This document shows, one piece after another, positions 25,985-32,000 of a stretch of 32,000 nt of DNA. Below the pieces are notes generated by a model. That model was not told the origin of the DNA. It made no database searches and worked only from the letters and a program-made list of their open reading frames with translations. Numbering within the stretch: position 1 is the first letter of the stretch; each line of letters starts with the position of its first letter. This stretch comes from Vibrio alginolyticus NBRC 15630 = ATCC 17749 (GTDB lineage Bacteria; Pseudomonadota; Gammaproteobacteria; Enterobacterales; Vibrionaceae). The stretch lies in contig NC_022359.1 of assembly GCF_000354175.2 (NCBI RefSeq), positions 840,001 to 872,000 of the forward strand, given 5' to 3'. Made by a program: the position numbers and the translations under genes.

Positions 25985-27043
25985 ATGACTCCAGATCAAA
26001 AATTCGCACGTTGGATCAAATATTCTTGCGTCGCGTTTGTCCTTGTCTTTGCCTATTTTCTAGTTGCAGATCTCGCCATGCCGTTGACGCCTCAGGCAAT
26101 GGCAACGCGTGTGGTAACTAAAGTGGCCCCCCGTGTGAGTGGGCAGATTACGCATCTTTATGTTGCCAACAACCAAGAAATAAGCCAAGGCGATCTACTA
26201 TTTCAGATTGATCCCCAGCCTTATCAGCTCGCCGTAGAAAAGGCTCAACTTAACCTTGAGCGTGTGATTCAAAACAACGAACAACTTGATGCTTCTATTG
26301 CTGCGGCAAAAGCAGACGTTGAAGCGAGCAAAATCGTGGCGGAACAAAAAGTTCGCGAAGCAAAACGTCTTAATACCCTGTTTCACCGTAATGGTACTTC
26401 GCAACAGCAGCGCGATGACGCACAGAGCAGTGCAACGGCAGCTAAAGCGAACTTACTGGCCGCACGTGCTCGTTTAAAAGAGTTGGAAGTAAACCGCGGT
26501 GATTTAGGCGCGACGAATGTGAATATCCGCGTAGCGCAAAACCAGCTAAAACAAGCGGAACTTAATCTGTCTTACACTCAAGTCTCGGCGGAACATGATG
26601 GCGTTGTCGCTAACTTGCAGCTGGAGACGGGGGCCTATGCGGCAGCTGGTACACCTCTTGTCGCTTTAGTCTCCGATGACGTGGATATCATTGCCGACTT
26701 TCGTGAAAAGAGTTTACGACACTTTAATCAGAACAGCCGTGCGTTAGTGGCTTTTGATAGCTTACCTGGTGATGTATTTGAAGCTCGTATTACGAGTGTG
26801 GATGCCGGGGTCAGCTCGGGTCAATTCGATGCGGATGGTCGCTTAGCAACACCAACTGACTCAAACCGTTGGGTGAGAGACGCGCAGCGCTTACGTTTAC
26901 ATTTAGCTATCGATGAACCTCAGCAGCGCGCATTTCCAGCAGGGGCACGAGCAACCGTGCAGTTGTTGCCAGAAAACTCATTATCTGGTTGGTTAGCGAG
27001 GTGCCAGATCCAATTCTTGAGTCTTCTTCATTATATTTATTAA
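25985..27043 (+). CDS. HlyD-family membrane fusion / secretion protein (EmrA/AaeA-like)
   Basis: An N-terminal TM anchor is followed by the lipoyl-like segment VSGQITHLYVANNQEISQGDLLFQIDPQPYQLAVEKAQ, a long coiled coil, and LSYTQVSAEHDGVV. This is the typical HlyD architecture. Confidence 0.9.
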   Translation: MTPDQKFARWIKYSCVAFVLVFAYFLVADLAMPLTPQAMATRVVTKVAPRVSGQITHLYVANNQEISQGDLLFQIDPQPYQLAVEKAQLNLERVIQNNEQLDASIAAAKADVEASKIVAEQKVREAKRLNTLFHRNGTSQQQRDDAQSSATAAKANLLAARARLKELEVNRGDLGATNVNIRVAQNQLKQAELNLSYTQVSAEHDGVVANLQLETGAYAAAGTPLVALVSDDVDIIADFREKSLRHFNQNSRALVAFDSLPGDVFEARITSVDAGVSSGQFDADGRLATPTDSNRWVRDAQRLRLHLAIDEPQQRAFPAGARATVQLLPENSLSGWLARCQIQFLSLLHYIY

Positions 27044-27055
27044 CGAGGAGGCGAT

Positions 27056-28093
27056 ATGAAGTTATGGGACCACCCCATGTCGGAAAACGACTTCCGTCAG
27101 TGTTTGCGCATTGCAACTGGTGCGACCATTGGTTTCACTTTGTGTAAAGTATTTGGTTGGAACTATGGCGTATTCTTTACTGTAACCCCGATGCTGTTAC
27201 TTGGAATGGTGCCAGTCATGAGTCTACATGCCGCACGACAACTGATTTTTTCAGCGGTTGTGTGTGGATTAGAAGTTGGTGTGCTTGGTGGGTTATTTGG
27301 TGGGCACCCAGGCATGATGACAATCATTGCATTCGGGTTGTTCCTGTATAAATTCGCCTGTATGTCAAAAGGGAGCTTATTCTTATTTGGAGCGAACAGC
27401 GTACTGAGCTTAAGCATCATGCTGCACTTTGCGAGTTATCCAACCACTGACTTAAATGACCTAATATTTAGCAACCTGCAAGCGAATGTTATTTCAGTGA
27501 TCGTTGCTTATGTGGTGACATTTTTGATTCCCGATGCGGAACCTCGTCAGCCACCAGCGAAACCGTCGCAGCCTAAACAGAGTCATCGAATGCGTCATGA
27601 AGCCCTTATGGGGGCGAGTATCGCTACAATGTCTTTCCTTGTATTCCAGCTATTTGACCTCAGTGACTCTATGTCTGCTCAGGCGACAACCTTGCTTTTA
27701 TTGTTTCCTATGCATTGGAACGGTGCTTTAGGGTATGCGCGAAAAAGAGCAATGGGAACCTTGATGGGGGTGACCTTTGGTATCGTCGGACAACTTGTAT
27801 TATACGATTGGTCGGATACTTTATTGTTTATCGTCCCATTGCTTTGGATTGGGGCTATGATGTTCAGCTATATGCACGTGAAAGAATCTAGCGGTTCGGG
27901 AGCCGGATTTGGCGGCTTAACCACATTAGGCATTTTGTTCGGCCAATATCTTACTCCGGATGGTGACTTAATGTTCAGTGCGCTGTATCGCGTGAGCAGT
28001 ATTTTGTTTGCTATTGTTGCGACGCTGCTTGTGACCTATACGGTTCACAGAATACTCAACAGCTTTGAGGCGACGCGCTTTAGCGAGCAGTAA
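27056..28093 (+). CDS. FUSC/AaeB-like integral membrane protein (DUF2955-type), probable inner-membrane partner of the HlyD protein
   Basis: 345 aa and polytopic. The N-terminus FRQCLRIATGATIGFTLCKVFGWNYGVFFTVTP resembles the FUSC/ArAE family. The RBS GAGGAGG is strong, and the gene starts 13 nt after the HlyD stop. Confidence 0.8.
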   Translation: MKLWDHPMSENDFRQCLRIATGATIGFTLCKVFGWNYGVFFTVTPMLLLGMVPVMSLHAARQLIFSAVVCGLEVGVLGGLFGGHPGMMTIIAFGLFLYKFACMSKGSLFLFGANSVLSLSIMLHFASYPTTDLNDLIFSNLQANVISVIVAYVVTFLIPDAEPRQPPAKPSQPKQSHRMRHEALMGASIATMSFLVFQLFDLSDSMSAQATTLLLLFPMHWNGALGYARKRAMGTLMGVTFGIVGQLVLYDWSDTLLFIVPLLWIGAMMFSYMHVKESSGSGAGFGGLTTLGILFGQYLTPDGDLMFSALYRVSSILFAIVATLLVTYTVHRILNSFEATRFSEQ

Positions 28094-28095
28094 TT

Positions 28096-28761
28096 TCAGA
28101 CGTTACTGGTTAGAAAGGATTGCTCCAGTAACTCTGTTTTTAGTTCGTGAGTCATCTCAATGGAACTAGCAAACTTAATTCCAACTACCCATCCCTTCGC
28201 CAATTTCTTAATGTTGGCAATGACACATCGATTTTCTTCTCCGATATAGTGGCTTAACGGGCATTCGATGGTAACACTCTCACCCACGTTGAATTCGGGC
28301 TCAATCAAGGTTGATATACCAACACCTGCTAGAGAGAAATCGATAAGGCTACCGTCGTAGACATTCCCTGCATGAATAACGTTACAGTCCATTTGCAACT
28401 TGTAACGCTCATGTTCTCGAACTGGTTTGGTTGCAAATGTTCCTGGAATGCGGATAAACAAAAGGGGGGATGGTCGAACGGTCGTCGTCAGTACGCTGGA
28501 CTTAAACGCAATGACATGGCCTAACTCCGTATCTGATACACCACGCACGATGACATCGGCGTTGGGGAGTTTTCTCATCACTTGCTCTTCAAGCAAACGC
28601 ATTGGTATATCAAGAATCAAATAAGCATTTTCTTTCATCCCCAGATAGGTGGTGGAATACGTATATTGATCCTTAGGCCCAAATTCGAAATTAGTAGAAA
28701 GTTTCATTCCCGGTTTGAGAAACCTATGCAGTTCATCTTTAGTATGAGTGGCTGGCATCAC
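28096..28761 (-). CDS. YcgR/PlzD-like c-di-GMP-binding PilZ domain protein (PilZN plus PilZ)
   Basis: Both PilZ signature motifs are present with about 23 aa between them: RxxxR as REHER, and DxSxxG as DFSLAG. An N-terminal YcgR-like domain of about 110 aa precedes them. Confidence 0.85.
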   Translation of the reverse strand: MMPATHTKDELHRFLKPGMKLSTNFEFGPKDQYTYSTTYLGMKENAYLILDIPMRLLEEQVMRKLPNADVIVRGVSDTELGHVIAFKSSVLTTTVRPSPLLFIRIPGTFATKPVREHERYKLQMDCNVIHAGNVYDGSLIDFSLAGVGISTLIEPEFNVGESVTIECPLSHYIGEENRCVIANIKKLAKGWVVGIKFASSIEMTHELKTELLEQSFLTSNV

Positions 28762-28852
28762 ATTGGCGTTTTAATTATTAGTTGAGCTGAGGCTATCAAA
28801 ACGCCATTTTGTTATTCAAGATAGTAAGGCATAAGTTTTTGTAAAATCATCG

Positions 28853-29794
28853 CTATCTGTGAAGTGGTGGGCGATAAGTTTGGCTCATTCCACCTTTCAT
28901 AAAGATTTGGCTTGCCACAATACTGCCGCATGTGACCAACATCAGCGCTAACCAAGTGAGAGAATCTGGTTGTTCACCAAAAATTGGAACGGCAAGAAGT
29001 GTCGCGACGACTGGAGTTAATGAACCAAAAGCTGCGCTGGCTTCGGCACCGATGATCCTAATTGCATAAATGAAAGTGAAAGAAGCGATTAAACCTGCGC
29101 CAACACCTTGTAGCATCGCGTGGCCAAATAACTCCTCCCATTGCCACTGGCTGAACGGTGTTACCACCAAATAACTGTCTACCCACCCGAAACCAACGGC
29201 GATGATGAGCAGAGCCAAAGACGCAATTGCAACGAATCCTGCACAGACGTGTGCATTAAGATTGGCGACACGAGCGCTGATGGTGAAAGCAGCCCACATG
29301 ATGCTGCCAGTTAGAAACAGGATATGCCCTTGTAATTGAGACCAGTTGTACTCTGCGCCGCTATTAGAAAGAAGGAATACGAAAATCCCTAACAACACCG
29401 TAGAAAGCCCGATTAAGCGGTGAGCACTCAGCGACTGTTGATAACAAAGTACCGCGATAGCAGAAACAAACAATGGCAAAGTGCCAGGTACTAATGCACT
29501 GCCGTGCGCCACGGGAGCGAAATGCATAGCCGTTCCGACGACCAGAAGATAGGGAAGGCCGCTTCCAACCACAACACCAACCAGGTAGCGTTTAGGCACG
29601 ACGCGCAGCGACTGTTTATGCTTAATCACAAATGGTAATAAAATTATACTTGGGATGAGAAAGCGAACTAACGCGATATCGGCTGGCTGCAAGGCAGAAA
29701 TTGCGCCCCCTTTTAAAGAAATAAAGAAACCAGACCAAAGCAGTAAGGTCGTTAATATAGCTGCGTATCCCAAGATCATTATCGACATGTCCAT
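28853..29794 (-). CDS. DMT superfamily (EamA-type) transporter
   Basis: About 10 hydrophobic segments arranged as two EamA-like halves. The track start at 29845 is a TTG; ATG 29794 (MDMSIMILGYAAIL) is more plausible. The exact start is uncertain. The gene is divergent from an Lrp/AsnC regulator. Confidence 0.85.
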   Translation of the reverse strand: MDMSIMILGYAAILTTLLLWSGFFISLKGGAISALQPADIALVRFLIPSIILLPFVIKHKQSLRVVPKRYLVGVVVGSGLPYLLVVGTAMHFAPVAHGSALVPGTLPLFVSAIAVLCYQQSLSAHRLIGLSTVLLGIFVFLLSNSGAEYNWSQLQGHILFLTGSIMWAAFTISARVANLNAHVCAGFVAIASLALLIIAVGFGWVDSYLVVTPFSQWQWEELFGHAMLQGVGAGLIASFTFIYAIRIIGAEASAAFGSLTPVVATLLAVPIFGEQPDSLTWLALMLVTCGSIVASQIFMKGGMSQTYRPPLHR

Positions 29795-29927
29795 TTGTAA
29801 ATGATGTGTTAATTGTTGAATAAAACTCTTGCCAAAGGGAGGCAAAGTTTGACGTAATTAGGCTTGATGTTGGTGATAAATTGCGTATAAATGTTAATTG
29901 TTAGTGATTAAAGGCACGGAAGAATAA

Positions 29928-30383
29928 ATGGATAAAATTGACAGGCAACTTATCAACCTAATGCAGAAGGATGCCACTCTGACAACTGCAGAACTTGCTG
30001 ACCAAGTAGGGCTATCGGCATCACCTTGTGCAAGACGCATTAAGCGTTTGGAGCAGGAAGGTGTAATAAGTGGTTATCGAGCTATTGTGTCCAGAGACAC
30101 TGTAGGCATCGCGATGACTGTATTTGTTGAAGTGAGTTTAAATAACCACCAAGCTTCTTCGATTGATGAGTTTGAACATGCCGTTGTTGAGATGGATGAA
30201 GTGATCTCATGCCATGTCGTATCAGGGGCCTATGATTACCTGTTAGAGGTGGTCAGTAAAGATCTCGCTGGTTATGAAACATTTACTAGAAAGTTACAGC
30301 GATTAGAAAATGTGAAAGATATTCATACCCACCTGGCGATTAGACAAGTGAAAGGAAATGGCAGTTTGCCGATTTATGCATAA
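29928..30383 (+). CDS. Lrp/AsnC family transcriptional regulator
   Basis: The HTH reads DKIDRQLINLMQKDATLTTAELADQVGLSASPCARRIKRLEQEGVI and is followed by an AsnC/RAM domain. 151 aa. Confidence 0.9.
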   Translation: MDKIDRQLINLMQKDATLTTAELADQVGLSASPCARRIKRLEQEGVISGYRAIVSRDTVGIAMTVFVEVSLNNHQASSIDEFEHAVVEMDEVISCHVVSGAYDYLLEVVSKDLAGYETFTRKLQRLENVKDIHTHLAIRQVKGNGSLPIYA

Positions 30384-30388
30384 GAAAG

Positions 30389-31012
30389 ATGAAATTTTTC
30401 GATAGACTTAAGATTGCCCACTATCATCGAAAGCGATATAGACAGTTTGGTAAAGACAGAGCCCGAACTCTGGGATGGGCAGATAAGTATAGTCAGATCA
30501 GCCGTTTTGAGGCGTTGTGTCGAGGGTTAACGTTAGACGGTTCAAGTATTTTAGATATTGGGTGCGGCTACGGAGACTTGTTAGCGTTTATCGAACTTAC
30601 GGGGGGGCTTCCTCAAAGCTATATTGGCATTGATCAGCAAAAACAATTTATCTCTGAAGCCAGAAAACGAGATTTTCGTACGCAAAGTAAGTTTATATGT
30701 GGCGACTTTTCAACGTTGGTATTGCCTCGTTGCGATTTTGTTTTTGCTTCCGGATCATTGAACTATCAATCCACCAACCCAAATCATGCCATTGAAATGA
30801 TTGATAAAATGTTCCGAGCGACAGAGAAAGGTTGTGTGTTTAACTTGTTGGATGAATCCAAACTACCCAGCATGAAAATGTTAGCGTCGCACAATAAAGA
30901 AGGTGTCTTTCGCTATTGTCGGTTGCTGTGTCCGAATACACGATTGATTGAGGGGTACTCCGAGCACGACTTTACGATTGCCATGATCAAAAAAGCGGAG
31001 TCCGTTTCCTGA
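30389..31012 (+). CDS. Class I SAM-dependent methyltransferase
   Basis: Motif I is ILDIGCGYGDL and the post-I acidic residue falls in YIGIDQQ. At 207 aa, the gene starts 6 nt after the Lrp/AsnC stop, which suggests co-transcription. Confidence 0.85.
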   Translation: MKFFDRLKIAHYHRKRYRQFGKDRARTLGWADKYSQISRFEALCRGLTLDGSSILDIGCGYGDLLAFIELTGGLPQSYIGIDQQKQFISEARKRDFRTQSKFICGDFSTLVLPRCDFVFASGSLNYQSTNPNHAIEMIDKMFRATEKGCVFNLLDESKLPSMKMLASHNKEGVFRYCRLLCPNTRLIEGYSEHDFTIAMIKKAESVS

Positions 31013-31024
31013 CTCCGCTTTATA
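30993..31024. terminator. Bidirectional terminator hairpin spanning the methyltransferase stop codon
   Basis: AAGCGGAGTC (30993-31002) pairs with GACTCCGCTT (31011-31020) across an 8-nt loop. On the - strand TTTTTTGA follows, which is canonical for the convergent 84-aa ORF. On the + strand the following sequence is TATAAATT, a weaker signal. Confidence 0.7.
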
Positions 31025-31036
31025 AATTCTTAAGCC

Positions 31037-31291
31037 TTATTGGTTTTTGTATTGTGAGATTTCACAGTTACCTGTGTATCTATCAACCTTGAATGAGAAC
31101 GCGGCTGAATGGTATTCCCTCCCATCACTCCATATTGTTTCTCCGAAGATTTTACACAGATCCAAATCACTGATTGAACCGAACTCTTTTACGTGCCTAA
31201 CTACTGACAAAAACTTGGCTTTGGTAGCATTAGGACATTCCCTGTTACTTAATCGATTGATAACCATGTTTGTAGCATCATCTCCAGCCAA
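31037..31291 (-). CDS. Hypothetical protein, 76-84 aa, orphan
   Basis: The ORF lies in a visibly AT-rich patch. The track start is TTG 31291; the alternative ATG 31267 gives MVINRLSNRECPN. A terminator sits just downstream on the - strand. I recognise no family. A + strand ORF of similar size overlaps it, so coding status is uncertain. Confidence 0.35.
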   Translation of the reverse strand: MAGDDATNMVINRLSNRECPNATKAKFLSVVRHVKEFGSISDLDLCKIFGETIWSDGREYHSAAFSFKVDRYTGNCEISQYKNQ

Positions 31292-31538
31292 ATGTGACTT
31301 TTTATTAAATTTTATTAATGGCTAAACTAACCAAAAAATGTCCATAAGTAAAGCATTAATGTGACGTATGTCTCTATAAATTGATTGTCTTGGTCATGGT
31401 TTAGTCAAGTTTGTCAAAGGGAACAATCCCATTATTTACATTTGATATCATTCACGACTAAGGAAAGATAAAAAGCACGAATAACGTCCAATATTGGAGT
31501 GAAAAACCAACATCGTCTATTCAAAACTGGCTCTGTTT

Positions 31539-32000
31539 TTACTTCGAAACATCTTGAGCGTATTGAAGCGCTCGAGCTTCTTTATCATAGACTTGTGACA
31601 GAGTTTGATATTGTGAAGAGAGGCGCTTGTAATCTTCAGCAAGTTCCAAAGCGTTGGTGTTATACCATTCCGCAGTTATTTGATTGGCTGTTTTGTTTGA
31701 CTCGCGGCACTTCTGGGCCAGTATCTCCCACCCATTTGCTGACCATTGGGATTGTGTGCTCAATTTAAGCAGCTGATTCGCTTTAGTTGTGAGCTCTTCT
31801 TTGTATTGAATCGATGCTTTTAATTGCGCTTTGAACACATTTTGGTTCGACTTGGCACGCCAAAGTAGCACGAGCTCATGCAGTGAAAAGGTTTCGGACA
31901 ATAACTGACGCTGTTTATGTTCGGTCAAAAGTGTATTGAATACCTCAACATGCTGATTGTAATTGGACTCTAAACGATTGAATTGGGTAAGATTGTCATT
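31539..32000 (-). CDS. Hypothetical helical / coiled-coil protein; the N-terminus lies beyond the right window edge
   Basis: The track start at 31928 is a TTG. I translated upstream of it and the frame stays open to position 32000 (...NDNLTQFNRLESNYNQHVEVFNTLL-TEHKQRQLL...), so the gene most likely continues outside the window. I recognise no family. Confidence 0.5.
   Translation of the reverse strand, partial: NDNLTQFNRLESNYNQHVEVFNTLLTEHKQRQLLSETFSLHELVLLWRAKSNQNVFKAQLKASIQYKEELTTKANQLLKLSTQSQWSANGWEILAQKCRESNKTANQITAEWYNTNALELAEDYKRLSSQYQTLSQVYDKEARALQYAQDVSK

Noticed and set aside
31047-31325. 92-aa + strand ORF antisense to the 84-aa ORF
   Set aside because: Only one of the two overlapping ORFs can reasonably be real. 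The - strand ORF has the more protein-like composition and a correctly oriented terminator. I cannot fully exclude the + strand ORF.

Overview
The window looks like a segment of a Vibrio small chromosome. It carries the AI-2 quorum-sensing receptor pair luxP-luxQ, and long stretches of the translated products match V. harveyi LuxP and LuxQ as I remember them. I call about 31 protein-coding genes. I found no rRNA, tRNA, CRISPR array, IS element, transposase, integrase or integron attC site.

Gene content falls into four groups:
- Regulator-plus-exporter modules: Lrp/AsnC with YjeH, LysR with LysE, MarR with HlyD and a DUF2955-type protein, Lrp/AsnC with EamA and a methyltransferase, and a stand-alone MATE pump.
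- Signalling genes: an RstAB-like two-component pair, an orphan hybrid kinase, LuxPQ, and a YcgR/PlzD-like PilZ protein.
- Conserved small housekeeping-type genes: yeeX, yceH, and a yhbQ-like GIY-YIG gene.
- A long-form GAPDH.

I do not see a clear novel multi-gene system. There is no defence-like ATPase, nuclease or reverse transcriptase cluster. The best candidates for something undescribed are:
1. A small protein that fuses a two-helix membrane anchor to an Rmf/CrpP-like motif (12351-12680).
2. A two-lipoprotein operon divergent from the RstAB-like pair. Its 513-aa member has a lethal-factor-like EYFAAAFE segment, an EExxH variant of HExxH, and degenerate RTX repeats.
3. A LuxP whose mature part is highly conserved but whose N-terminus does not look like a Sec signal peptide.
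4. An orphan hybrid kinase with an all-helical periplasmic domain and an internal pseudo-receiver.
5. A low-GC orphan-gene patch at the right edge that runs out of the window.

All functional calls rest on motifs I read in the translations and on remembered homologues. No database search was run.
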